Below are positions 18,198-27,535 of a stretch of 64,000 nucleotides of DNA, one piece after another. Position numbers and translations under genes: made by a program. Location: positions 43,820-107,819 of the forward strand of contig JAFRTJ010000052.1 in assembly GCA_017427185.1 (NCBI GenBank), given 5' to 3'. Each line of letters starts with the position of its first letter. Position 1 is the first letter of the stretch. The notes under the pieces were generated by a model. The model saw only the letters and a list, made by a program, of their open reading frames with translations. It made no database searches and was not told where the DNA came from. The stretch comes from Bacteroidaceae bacterium. GTDB lineage: Bacteria > Bacteroidota > Bacteroidia > Bacteroidales > Bacteroidaceae.

Positions 18198-19478
18198 TTA
18201 TACTTCAATTAATAGTTTGTTTCCATTAGAAATTCTATAGTGACGCAATTTCTCCCATTCTTCTGTTGATATTTGCCATGAGCGGGAGAGGTGATCTGCA
18301 CCATAGCTGTCTATTTGCTTCATTACCATGCTGATGGTCATTCGATGAATGTCAAAAGCAGGCAAATATTTGGTGATAGTACCTTTTTCGTTGTGGGTTT
18401 CCACCAAGAGTTGCATGTTGACTAATTCATCCAGCAGGATGCTGACCAGTGTTTGGGGAAGACGTGTGTCGCTAGATAATGATTTCACTGTAAAAGCTGT
18501 TCCTCCCTGGGCAAATTTCTTGCAGATTCTGCACATTAAAAGCAGGCTCAATGAATCTTTGTATCTTCTGCTCAAATCCCTGCTGTTACGTTCGAAGGCA
18601 TAGTCCTCCATCCGTTGGTTAGCATAACACATTTGTGCGCCAATGAGACAAATGCTCCAAGATATGTTTGCCCAAAGCATGAACATAGGTATCGCTGCGA
18701 AGGATCCGTAGATGGCATTATAGCTGCTCAGTTTCAACTGGTAGTGCATGTATATGTATTCTACCAATTGGAATGCAATACCTGCCAAAATGGCAGGAAA
18801 AATGGTGTGACGGAATTTGACCTCCGTGTTTGGCATAAATGTGTAGAGAAGTGAGAAAGCGAAGCAAATCAGAATGGGTGGTGAGATTCGTAGGATAGAT
18901 TCAACGGTATTGCTTACTATTTGGTAATCGGGAAAGACGTTCGTTATCGTCATCAGGAACAACCTGATTCCCATGGTGATGACTACAGCAATAGGCAGTA
19001 ACACGAAGACGCTGATGTAATCAGTTATCCGTCGATAGACATTTCTAGGTGTGCGGACTTGCCATATCGTGTTGAATGCCTTCTCTATGTTAGTGGTGAG
19101 TGAGACGACTGTGTATAGCAGGATAATCAAACCAACGCCAATGAATACACCACCTTGAGTATGCTGAAGATAGGAGTCTACGAAATTCATGATGGTGTCT
19201 GTAATCTCTGGATTTGCCTGAAGAGATTCGCGTATGCGTTCCTCAATCATGGTCCCAAAACCAAATCCGCGTGCGATGGCGAAAACGATAGCCAAAACGG
19301 GCACGGCAGCCAGTAGCGTGCTGTAGGTAAGTGCTGAAGCGTAACTCGAGAGATTGTTTTTGTTAAAACTCTCCACGATGATGATAGTTCGCTTCAGCAT
19401 CCTGAGATTCCATCGTTTCCAACTGGAGAAGCGGGACTCGTCGACGTTCCAGATGTGGTTTATGCTGTGTAACTTCAT
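18198..19478 (-). CDS. YihY/BrkB-family inner membrane protein with C-terminal extension
   Basis: NNLSSYASALTYSTLLAAVPVLAIV is the YihY signature, and the protein is multi-TM. The start is moved to the ATG at 19476-19478 (MKLHSINH...) because codons 1-24 of the track ORF overlap the 3' end of rnpB. Confidence 0.8.
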   Translation of the reverse strand: MKLHSINHIWNVDESRFSSWKRWNLRMLKRTIIIVESFNKNNLSSYASALTYSTLLAAVPVLAIVFAIARGFGFGTMIEERIRESLQANPEITDTIMNFVDSYLQHTQGGVFIGVGLIILLYTVVSLTTNIEKAFNTIWQVRTPRNVYRRITDYISVFVLLPIAVVITMGIRLFLMTITNVFPDYQIVSNTVESILRISPPILICFAFSLLYTFMPNTEVKFRHTIFPAILAGIAFQLVEYIYMHYQLKLSSYNAIYGSFAAIPMFMLWANISWSICLIGAQMCYANQRMEDYAFERNSRDLSRRYKDSLSLLLMCRICKKFAQGGTAFTVKSLSSDTRLPQTLVSILLDELVNMQLLVETHNEKGTITKYLPAFDIHRMTISMVMKQIDSYGADHLSRSWQISTEEWEKLRHYRISNGNKLLIEV

Positions 19479-19494
19479 TTTTTCATAATAAAAA

Positions 19495-19849
19495 ACAGTG
19501 GTCCTATAAGCCGGGTTCTGTACCTCATTATATAAAGAGGTGCTTGCCATTTATCTACTACCTGCGTCACCACAAGTCTCTATCGTTCTACCCTCCGACT
19601 CAGACGGGCCATCTTCTCTTTTGTTCGCCGGTATACATGAACTTTCAACTTCCGGAATGCACAGCACTGATATCACTACCAGCCTGGTAGGCTCTTACCC
19701 TGCCTTCTCACCCTTACCAGTTGCCTGGCGGTTGTTTTCTTCTGCATTATCAGACTCTCACGAATCTCTTCCCGTTAGGAAGCGGAATGCCCTGTGTTGC
19801 CCGGACTTTCCTCTTCCCCCAAAGGGTCAGCGGCAAGCCAGTCCACTGT
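19495..19849 (-). ncRNA. rnpB: RNase P RNA, bacterial type A
   Basis: The minus strand contains GAGGAAAGTCCGGGC (P4 5' strand; plus-strand gcccggactttcctc at about 19799-19813), GGTAAGGGTGAGAAGGCAGGGTAAGAGCC, and ACAGAACCCGGCTTAT (P4 3' strand, about 19505-19520). P1 pairs CAGTGG (19843-19848) with CCACTG (19496-19501). A T-run follows the 3' end. Confidence 0.93.
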
Positions 19850-19858
19850 TTTCAATGG

Positions 19859-19866
19859 CAAAGATA
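19859..19866 (-). promoter_or_regulatory. -7 box (TAtcTTTG) for rnpB, with a TTTG -33-like element about 19 nt upstream
   Basis: The minus strand reads TATTTGGATTTCAACTTTTATTTGTATCTTTGCCATTGAAAACAGTGG. Confidence 0.6.
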
Positions 19867-20037
19867 CAAATAAAAGTTGAAATCCAAATATTCTTGCTGT
19901 CATTTCGTCTTTCTTTGTAAGTAAATGAATGCAAAAATGCCCCCTCTTTGTTTTTAACTATCGTTAATCGCATTTGTGGCAGTGTTAAATATTGGAAAAA
20001 CTCTGACAAAACCTGCACGACAAAAGGATTTAGGCAG

Positions 20038-20045
20038 TATCTTTG
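20038..20045 (+). promoter_or_regulatory. -7 box (TAtcTTTG) for htrA
   Basis: Exact match 58 nt upstream of the ATG at 20103. Confidence 0.5.
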
Positions 20046-20102
20046 CAGTGGATTTTTTGAGTGTGTAAATTATATGTATTAACAATTAAACTAAATAAAG
20101 TT

Positions 20103-21575
20103 ATGAAACAGACAATTAAAACATGGTTGGGAGCAGCAGCTTTAGTATTGGCAAGCAGTGCTGTGACAGCATCAGTCGTACGGGCTGAGGCACCAGATGT
20201 ACCAGCAACTCCCAATGTTGCACCTGCTCCTGTTGCGACAGGTGGATTGGTTGATTTGACAGCAGCAGCAGAATCTTCTGTGAATTCTGTTGTGTATATT
20301 AAGGTAACACAGACAGGAAAGACGCAACGTGTACAAACAATGGATCCATTCAGTGATTTCTTTGGAGATTTCTTCGGATTCGGCAATCGCGGCCCACAGC
20401 AACGGGAATACAAGACTCCTGACCGTCATGCGTCAGGTAGTGGGGTAATCATTAGTACGGATGGCTATATCGTTACCAATAATCATGTGGTAGGTGATGC
20501 TGATGAGATTGAAGTGAAAATGAATGATAACAGAGAATTTAAGGGTCGCATTATTGGTTGTGATGAGACTACAGACTTGGCTTTGATAAAGATTGATGCT
20601 AAGAATCTGCCTGCTATAGCCATTGGAAATAGCGATGACTTGAAGCTTGGCCAGTGGGTATTGGCTGTTGGAAATCCTTTTAACCTGACAAGTACAGTGA
20701 CCGCTGGTATCGTAAGTGCAAAAGCACGTTCTCTGGGTGCAAATGGCATCGAAAGCTTCATCCAGACGGATGCTGCTATCAACCAAGGTAACAGTGGTGG
20801 AGCTTTGGTCAATGAAAAGGGCGAATTGGTTGGTATCAATGCCATGCTGTATAGCCAGACTGGTAGTTATAGCGGTTATGGCTTTGCCATTCCAACCAGT
20901 ATTATGAATAAGGTTGTCTCTGACCTGAAAGTTTATGGTACAGTACAGCGTGCTGTCTTGGGTGTACAGGGACAAGATGTATCAAACTACATTGATGCAG
21001 AGAAAGCAAAGGGCAACGAGATTGATCTTGGTGTCATCGAGGGTGTGTATGTGGCTACAGTTACAGATGCCAGTGCGGCCCAAGACGCAGGAATTGAAAA
21101 GGGTGATGTGATTACAGAATTCGATGGCAAGAAGGTTACCAAGATGTCTGAATTGCAGGAGGCTATTTCTAAGCATAGTCCTGGCGACAAAGTTAACATG
21201 ACTTATGTGCGTGATAAAAAGGAGAAGAAGGTGACTGTGACTTTGCGTAACACTCAGGGCACAACGAAGGTGATGGAAGAAGTTGATCTTGACCAACTTG
21301 GCGTATCACTGAAACCTGTTACAGAGGAAGAGAAGAAGACTATGAACATAGATTACGGATTGTCAATTAATGCGATACGTAACGGTAAGATGAAGTCTGT
21401 GGGTGCAACGAAGGGAACCATCATTCTGCAGGTTAATGACCAGAAGATGACCACAGAACAAGATTGGGAAGAAGCTGTCAAGAGTGCTAATCAGAGTACA
21501 GATAGAACTTTGTGGATCAAAGCTTTGACTCCAAGTGGGCGTAAGGTAAGTTACGTGATTGACTTAAATGAGTAA
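20103..21575 (+). CDS. htrA: Do/DegP/HtrA-family periplasmic serine endopeptidase with two PDZ domains
   Basis: Signal peptide, then the catalytic motifs TNNHVV, DLALIKI and GNSGGAL. The start is at the internal ATG (MKQTIKTWL). Confidence 0.92.
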   Translation: MKQTIKTWLGAAALVLASSAVTASVVRAEAPDVPATPNVAPAPVATGGLVDLTAAAESSVNSVVYIKVTQTGKTQRVQTMDPFSDFFGDFFGFGNRGPQQREYKTPDRHASGSGVIISTDGYIVTNNHVVGDADEIEVKMNDNREFKGRIIGCDETTDLALIKIDAKNLPAIAIGNSDDLKLGQWVLAVGNPFNLTSTVTAGIVSAKARSLGANGIESFIQTDAAINQGNSGGALVNEKGELVGINAMLYSQTGSYSGYGFAIPTSIMNKVVSDLKVYGTVQRAVLGVQGQDVSNYIDAEKAKGNEIDLGVIEGVYVATVTDASAAQDAGIEKGDVITEFDGKKVTKMSELQEAISKHSPGDKVNMTYVRDKKEKKVTVTLRNTQGTTKVMEEVDLDQLGVSLKPVTEEEKKTMNIDYGLSINAIRNGKMKSVGATKGTIILQVNDQKMTTEQDWEEAVKSANQSTDRTLWIKALTPSGRKVSYVIDLNE

Positions 21576-21604
21576 AGAGGTATTTCTACCTTTATTATAG
21601 GATT

Positions 21605-21640
21605 GTTTCCCCGAAATTTGCCAATTTCGGGGAAACTTTG
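21605..21640 (+). terminator. strong hairpin terminator after htrA
   Basis: Perfect 14-bp stem GTTTCCCCGAAATT / AATTTCGGGGAAAC, loop TGCC, then TTTG. A TAtaTTTG box follows at 21641-21648. Confidence 0.75.
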
Positions 21641-21777
21641 TATATTTGTGCCCTTGATTATATTCTGTCGCTATGGGGCAACCTGATATGACAGAAAACA
21701 TGACAAAATGTGCGAGTGCGTCGTTGGATATAGTCTTTGTCAGAGTGATAGGAGCAAGATTTTGAAAAATATTTAGA

Positions 21778-22260
21778 ATGAAGATAAATAAAACCATTTT
21801 AGGTTTGTTGGCATGTCTGGTAGTGGCTCATGCCTTTGCAGTTAAACCTCGCCAGACAAAAGTATATATGTTTGGCTTTGGCGTTTCCTTCCTGGATTCC
21901 GTAGCATATGTTACGGATATGCAGTTGGTGGATTCTGTTACGATTGATGACCATACAAAATTCCTTCAGGCAAGAGCATTATATGGAATTCAGCTCCAGA
22001 CATATCTCAAGGATTCTATGCACAAAGAGAATATGACATGTGTCGTCTATTTCAATGAGAAAAAAAAGAAGGTAGAAAGACTTTATTCCAAGATTTGCAA
22101 GAAATATCGTGCTAATCCTTCTTTGCAGTTCTCCATCTTGAATACTGATGTTTTCAGGTTCCATTCAGAGAAATATGAAGCTCCTGTTGTGTCTGAGGAA
22201 GTGGAAAAGGCAGGCAAAGCAAAAGGGAAAAAAGGTAAGAAAAAGGAGAAACAGAAATAA
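21778..22260 (+). CDS. secreted hypothetical protein with Lys-rich C-terminal tail
   Basis: Signal peptide MKINKTILGLLACLVVAHAFA. The C-terminus is KAGKAKGKKGKKKEKQK. Confidence 0.65.
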   Translation: MKINKTILGLLACLVVAHAFAVKPRQTKVYMFGFGVSFLDSVAYVTDMQLVDSVTIDDHTKFLQARALYGIQLQTYLKDSMHKENMTCVVYFNEKKKKVERLYSKICKKYRANPSLQFSILNTDVFRFHSEKYEAPVVSEEVEKAGKAKGKKGKKKEKQK

Positions 22261-22368
22261 TCTTTAAGAACTCTAGAAAGAAAGTATTGGTTCTTATAGA
22301 TGGTTCAGATAAAAGTTTGGTGATAAGAATATAGTATTGATAAATGGGGGATATTTACAAGAGATATT

Positions 22369-23250
22369 ATGAAGACGAAACAATATAAAGTTGGTGATCA
22401 TGTTTTTGAAATCCAATTTGTGGATGACAACAACGATGAATCTTTATTGCCTTCATTCAGACCGTTTGAATTGAAGGATTCCGATGATGTGCCGTTGTTT
22501 AGAGTGATTGTCGACGATTCCTTCAAATTCGACGAACTGGGTCATGAGATTGGCCAATTTGATTGTGGCGGAAGCAATCATGGGGTATATCTGCTCCCCA
22601 ACGGAGCATATCAGTTCATAGTGACTGACGTGAATGGCGTTTTGTGCTGCCACATGCAGTCTACGTCGGATTTTAATGAGATTAAGGTAGCCATTAAGGG
22701 CAAGACTTGGATTCAGCGCAACTTTGGTCTTAACAATGCGATGATGATGGCTTACGCGTTTGCTACTGCAGAAAAGATGACAATGCTGATGCATGCCTCA
22801 GTCATTCGTTGTGACGGCTATGGATACCTGATGACAGCTCCCAGTGGCACAGGTAAAAGTACTCATACAAGACTTTGGTATGACAACATCCCAGGTTGTG
22901 ACCTTATGAATGATGATAATCCTGTAGTTCGTGTCGTGGATGGCAAGGCAATCATCTATGGCAGTCCTTGGAGTGGTAAAACTCCTTGTTATCGTAACAT
23001 TCAGGCTCCGATTGGTGCGATTGTACGTATACAGCAGCGTCCCAAGAATGAGATTCGAAAGCTGGGTCCTGTTGAGTCTTTCACTGTTTTATTGCCAGCA
23101 ATGAGCAACATGAAGTGGGATAGCCGTGTCTACAAAGGTATTTGCGATGGTATCACAGGATTGATAGAGCATTGTAATTTGTATGAATTGGGCTGCCTTC
23201 CCAATGGAGAGGCTGCCATATTATGCCACGATACAGTTTCTGTAAATTGA
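22369..23250 (+). CDS. HPr-kinase-like (HprK C-terminal domain type) P-loop kinase
   Basis: The Walker A motif APSGTGKST is preceded by MHASVIRCDGYGYLM, resembling the HprK/P C-terminal catalytic domain. 293 aa. Confidence 0.7.
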   Translation: MKTKQYKVGDHVFEIQFVDDNNDESLLPSFRPFELKDSDDVPLFRVIVDDSFKFDELGHEIGQFDCGGSNHGVYLLPNGAYQFIVTDVNGVLCCHMQSTSDFNEIKVAIKGKTWIQRNFGLNNAMMMAYAFATAEKMTMLMHASVIRCDGYGYLMTAPSGTGKSTHTRLWYDNIPGCDLMNDDNPVVRVVDGKAIIYGSPWSGKTPCYRNIQAPIGAIVRIQQRPKNEIRKLGPVESFTVLLPAMSNMKWDSRVYKGICDGITGLIEHCNLYELGCLPNGEAAILCHDTVSVN

Positions 23251-23780
23251 TGATTAAAAGTATTCTTGAAAAACTTGCCAGCATTCTGATGTATCCTTGG
23301 CGTAAGGCATACAGAAAAAGGAATGGTATATGTGTACAGGAAAATCGTCATGAGATTCCTAATGATATTTTTTTGGGACTTGTCAGTGAGAAACTGGCAG
23401 AAGGACACACTGCAATTATCTGGGTGAAAGGTTACAGTATGCGTCCTTTTATCGAGTATGGCAGGGATCGGGTAAAACTGGCTTTCCCAAAAGAACTTCA
23501 TGTGGGTGATGCTGTGTTGGCGCAAGATTCCCCAGGACATTATGTCTTACATCGGATTATGGATATTACTGGCAACAACGTAACTTTGCAAGGAGATGGC
23601 AACCTGAGAGGATTTGAGCATTGCTTGCGTGAAAATGTATGTGGCGTTGTGACTGAATACATACGTCCCAATAGGGTGATTCTTGCGAGTGACAAGACTT
23701 TAAGACGTCGTATTAAGATATGGCGGAGACTTCGTCCTATTCGCAGATATTTGTTGTTTATTTATAAAGCATGTATTTGA
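23250..23780 (+). CDS. S24/S26-type (LexA/signal-peptidase-like) serine peptidase homolog with C-terminal hydrophobic/basic tail
   Basis: GYSMRPF is a serine motif of the S24 type, and the spacing around GDAVL...LHRI...LQGDGN matches the fold. The start overlaps the kinase stop (TGATG). Confidence 0.65.
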   Translation: MIKSILEKLASILMYPWRKAYRKRNGICVQENRHEIPNDIFLGLVSEKLAEGHTAIIWVKGYSMRPFIEYGRDRVKLAFPKELHVGDAVLAQDSPGHYVLHRIMDITGNNVTLQGDGNLRGFEHCLRENVCGVVTEYIRPNRVILASDKTLRRRIKIWRRLRPIRRYLLFIYKACI

Positions 23781-23783
23781 AAT

Positions 23784-24050
23784 ATGAAAATTAAGAAAGG
23801 TTTTGAGTTACGTACTGTATGCAAGGAGAATATTATCGTTGCATTTGGCGAAGAGAACATTGATTTCAGCAAAGTCATCAGTTTGAATGAGAGTGCCGCT
23901 TTGATGTGGCGTGCCGTATTAGGTAAGGACTTTTCTGCAGAGGATATGGCTGACGCTTTGATGCAGGAATACGAAGTGGATCGTGAGACTGCCCTGAAGG
24001 ATGCCCAAGCTATGTTGCAGCAGTGGCTGGAGGTTGGTTTGATAGAATAG
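23784..24050 (+). CDS. PqqD-family (RiPP recognition element-like) small protein
   Basis: 88 aa. LNESAALMWRAVLGKDFSAEDMADALMQEYEVDRETALKDAQAMLQQW is the typical PqqD/RRE winged-helix pattern. Confidence 0.75.
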   Translation: MKIKKGFELRTVCKENIIVAFGEENIDFSKVISLNESAALMWRAVLGKDFSAEDMADALMQEYEVDRETALKDAQAMLQQWLEVGLIE

Positions 24051-24057
24051 TTCCATT

Positions 24058-25023
24058 ATGAAAGTCGTCGTATTAGATGGCTATACTTTAAATCCAGGCG
24101 ATCTTTCTTGGAAAGAACTGGAGGAGTTGGGTGATGTCACCATTTATGATCGCACATCACCTTGCGATGTAATTGCACGTTCTTTAGGTGCAGAGGTCAT
24201 TCTTACCAACAAGGTCGTTTTGACAAGTGCTATCCTGAAGGAACTTTCTCCCACTTTGCATTATGTGGGCGTGTTGGCGACTGGATATAATGTTGTGAAT
24301 ATCAATGCGGCGAGCGATTTGGGAATCGTGGTTACTAATATCCCTGCCTACAGCACGATGTCAGTTGTTCAACATGTCTTTGCTTTGCTTTTGAATGTGA
24401 CGAATCGTGTGGCTCATTATTCGCATCAGATTCTATGTGATGATGCATGGACCCGCTCTTCCGATTTCAGTTATACGGATACCTCGTTGATAGAACTCTA
24501 TGGAAAGGTGATGGGAATAGTGGGATTGGGCCGGATAGGTTCTGCTGTTGCAAAAGTTGCAAATGCCTTAGGTATGAGCGTTATTGTCTTCACCAGTAAA
24601 GAAGCATCGGAATTGCCGCCATACATTCAGAAAGTGTCTATGAGAGAATTGTTTGCCCATTCAGATGTTCTCTCTTTGCATTGTCCTCTTACTGAAGAGA
24701 CAAAAAATTTGGTTTCTGCAGAGAAACTTCAATGGATGAAGCCATCAGCAATTATAATTAACACAGGACGCGGTCCCCTGATTGATGAAAGGGCAGTGGC
24801 ACAAGCGTTGATTTCAGATCGGTTGGGTGCATTCGCTGCAGATGTTTTGTCGAAAGAGCCTCCATCTTCTGACAATCCTTTGCTCTCTGCTCCTCGCGTA
24901 TATCTTACTCCTCATATTGCATGGGCTACCTTTGAAGCACGGACTCGTCTTATGCAGATATGCGTAGGAAACATCAAGTCATTTCTCTCAGGAAATCCAG
25001 TCAATGTCGTGAATAGATTGTGA
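24058..25023 (+). CDS. D-2-hydroxyacid (glycerate-type) dehydrogenase
   Basis: NAD motif GIVGLGRIGSAVA and catalytic region NTGRGPLID...PHIAWAT. Confidence 0.88.
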   Translation: MKVVVLDGYTLNPGDLSWKELEELGDVTIYDRTSPCDVIARSLGAEVILTNKVVLTSAILKELSPTLHYVGVLATGYNVVNINAASDLGIVVTNIPAYSTMSVVQHVFALLLNVTNRVAHYSHQILCDDAWTRSSDFSYTDTSLIELYGKVMGIVGLGRIGSAVAKVANALGMSVIVFTSKEASELPPYIQKVSMRELFAHSDVLSLHCPLTEETKNLVSAEKLQWMKPSAIIINTGRGPLIDERAVAQALISDRLGAFAADVLSKEPPSSDNPLLSAPRVYLTPHIAWATFEARTRLMQICVGNIKSFLSGNPVNVVNRL

Positions 25024-25036
25024 ATTGAAGACAACC

Positions 25037-26269
25037 ATGAAATATTTCTATCTGATTCTTCTCGTTTTGATGCCTTCTAAAGTTTTTTCTCAAGCAGGGA
25101 AAATCTACGGTGATAATATCCGCACGTTGCAGGTGATTGTCGACGAGAACCCTTTGCTTCCTCCTGTGATGGAGTTGAGAAAACATCAACATATAGAAAT
25201 TTCATGGGATGAGTTGAGCCATCAGTATCATCGTTATATATACCATATCCAGCATTGCGGATCAGATTGGACTCCCTCTGACGAGATTTTCGAGAGTGAC
25301 TTCCTTAGTGGATTGAATGACCAGCCTGTCGAGAATTACGAGAAGAGTTTCAATACAGTTCAACTTTATACTCATTACTCGTTGCGTTTTCCCAATGAAA
25401 ACGTTGCCTTGTTGTTGAGTGGCAATTACCTGGTTCAGATTTATGAGGATGGTTCTAGTGTGGAAGAATCAGTCTTGGAAGCCAGATTCTCTATTTATGA
25501 GAAAGTTGTGAGTATCCGTTCAGAGGTAAGTGGCAATACTGACATTGATTTCAACAAAGGAAATCAGCAGGTCAGTCTTGCTATCGGTTATGGCACTCTG
25601 AATGTCGTTGATCCCCAGCGCGAGATCACTACTGTGGTGATGCAGAACCGTCGATGGGACAATTGCGTTGTCTTGCAGGTTCCCAACATACGTAATACGA
25701 CAGGTATTGAGTTCACTCACAACCGCAATCTCATCTTCCCTGCAGGAAACGAGTTCCATAAGTTCGAGATTCTGGATGTGAATCGAACTGCGATGGGAGT
25801 TGACAAGATGGAATGGTTTGAGCCATATTACCATGCAACGTTATTTCCAGAGAAAGTCCAACATAATTATTCTTATATTGAGGATCAGAATGGTATTTAT
25901 GTCCTTCGAAGTTCTGATGATGAGGATGATGAAATCACGGCAGAGTATATATGGGTTCATTTCATTCTTTCGACCCCACGTTTGCCAGGAGGTGATGTGT
26001 ATGTCTGTGGGGAATGGACGAATGAACCTTTCGATGCTTCGTGTATGATGGAATATAATGATTCGAAGCACGAGTATGAAGTTGCCATCTATTTGAAACA
26101 GGGGTATTACGGATATCAATTCCGTCAGGAGGATGGGGCCACTGGCCGTACAATGGGCGATTTTTATGAGACTGAAAATGAATATTCCACCTTTGTTTAT
26201 TATAGAGGCCAGGGAGCACGTTATGATAGATTGGTGGGGTATTCTAAAGTGAATACAGGAAACAACTAA
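25037..26269 (+). CDS. DUF5103-type protein (family annotated as T9SS plug-protein domain)
   Basis: Signal peptide MKYFYLILLVLMPSKVFSQ. Size and sequence style match Bacteroidota DUF5103. The family assignment is from memory and was not searched. Confidence 0.6.
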   Translation: MKYFYLILLVLMPSKVFSQAGKIYGDNIRTLQVIVDENPLLPPVMELRKHQHIEISWDELSHQYHRYIYHIQHCGSDWTPSDEIFESDFLSGLNDQPVENYEKSFNTVQLYTHYSLRFPNENVALLLSGNYLVQIYEDGSSVEESVLEARFSIYEKVVSIRSEVSGNTDIDFNKGNQQVSLAIGYGTLNVVDPQREITTVVMQNRRWDNCVVLQVPNIRNTTGIEFTHNRNLIFPAGNEFHKFEILDVNRTAMGVDKMEWFEPYYHATLFPEKVQHNYSYIEDQNGIYVLRSSDDEDDEITAEYIWVHFILSTPRLPGGDVYVCGEWTNEPFDASCMMEYNDSKHEYEVAIYLKQGYYGYQFRQEDGATGRTMGDFYETENEYSTFVYYRGQGARYDRLVGYSKVNTGNN

Positions 26270-26281
26270 GACGTAACAGCG

Positions 26282-27535
26282 ATGAAACCAGTAAAACCAT
26301 TCATGTGGGTTCCCACTCTTTATTTGGGCGAATCCCTACCGTATGCTGCAGTGATGTTGATGTCTATCGTACTGTATCAGGAAATGGGGTTGTCAGATAC
26401 CAAGATTGCGCTTTATACAAGCTGGTTGGGTTTACCTTGGGTAATCAAACCTATTTGGAGTCCTTTTATCGACAGCATACGGACAAAACGCTGGTGGGTT
26501 CTTTCTATGCAGTTGTTGATAGGTGCCGCCCTTGCATTGGTTGCTTTTACCTTGCCAACTTCAGCATGGCTTCAATCATCATTGGCTTTGTTTATGCTTG
26601 TGGCATTCAGCAGTTCGACTCACGACATTTCTGCCGATGGTTTTTATATCCTTGGATTGAGTAATCAGGATCAGGAACTTTATGTGGGAGTCCGCAACAC
26701 CTTTTATCGGATAGGAATGGTATTAGGTCAAGGAGGTTTGGTCATGTTTGCAGGCCTGTTGCAGCAAAAAGGGGTTGGGATACCTGTTTCTTGGTCTATT
26801 ACCTTCCTTATTGTTGCAGCTCTTATGGTAGTTCTTTTCGCTTATCATTCTCAAATGTTGCCAGTAGTTGAGCAGAATGAGATGAAAGAAAAGAGGACAA
26901 ACATCTGGCATGATTTCTGTCAGACATTTATCGTTTTCTTTAAAAAGCCCCATATCATCACAGCGCTTTGCTTTATTTTGCTTTTCCGCTTGCCAGAAGG
27001 ATTGCTTACCAAGATTGTCCCCCTCTTCTTGAAGCGCTCTTTGGAAGAAGGAGGCCTGGGACTTTCGGATGTGAATTATGGAATCATATATGGTACGCTG
27101 GGTGTCATTGGATTGCTTGCAGGAGGGCTTGTGGGCGGATGGCTTGTGTCGAGATATGGTCTTAAGAAATGTCTGTGGCCCTTGGTTCTATGCATTACGC
27201 TCCCTGATGTGGTTTATGTATATTTGAGCTATGTTCAGAGCACGAATCTATGGCTGATTGGCTCATGCGTGTTCGTCGAGCAGCTTGGCTATGGTCTTGG
27301 ATTTACTGCTTATACATTATATTTGGTTAGTTTTGCTCATGGCGAGCGCAGCACTTCAGTATTCTCCCTTTGTACTGCTTTTCAGTATCTGGGTGGAGTG
27401 ATGCTGCCAGGTATGGTTTCAGGTTGGATGTCAGATAGCTTGGGCTATTACCAATTCTTTATCTATATCATGGCCTTCTGTTTGGTTACATTCTTCGTTA
27501 CGGCTTTACTTAAACTTCCTGAAGAAGAAAAATGA
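26282..27535 (+). CDS. ampG: AmpG-family muropeptide MFS transporter
   Basis: LGLPWVIKPIWSPFID motif and about 12 TM segments. Confidence 0.8.
   Translation: MKPVKPFMWVPTLYLGESLPYAAVMLMSIVLYQEMGLSDTKIALYTSWLGLPWVIKPIWSPFIDSIRTKRWWVLSMQLLIGAALALVAFTLPTSAWLQSSLALFMLVAFSSSTHDISADGFYILGLSNQDQELYVGVRNTFYRIGMVLGQGGLVMFAGLLQQKGVGIPVSWSITFLIVAALMVVLFAYHSQMLPVVEQNEMKEKRTNIWHDFCQTFIVFFKKPHIITALCFILLFRLPEGLLTKIVPLFLKRSLEEGGLGLSDVNYGIIYGTLGVIGLLAGGLVGGWLVSRYGLKKCLWPLVLCITLPDVVYVYLSYVQSTNLWLIGSCVFVEQLGYGLGFTAYTLYLVSFAHGERSTSVFSLCTAFQYLGGVMLPGMVSGWMSDSLGYYQFFIYIMAFCLVTFFVTALLKLPEEEK

Noticed and set aside
19540-19920. 126-aa plus-strand ORF
   Set aside because: It lies entirely over the minus-strand RNase P RNA gene and its promoter. 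The translation is Ser/Pro/Leu-rich with no motif.
22346-22390. 14-codon ORF MGDIYKRYYEDETI overlapping the kinase start, as a possible precursor peptide for the PqqD cassette
   Set aside because: It is too short and overlaps the kinase start codon out of frame. It has no leader/core architecture and there is no supporting evidence.
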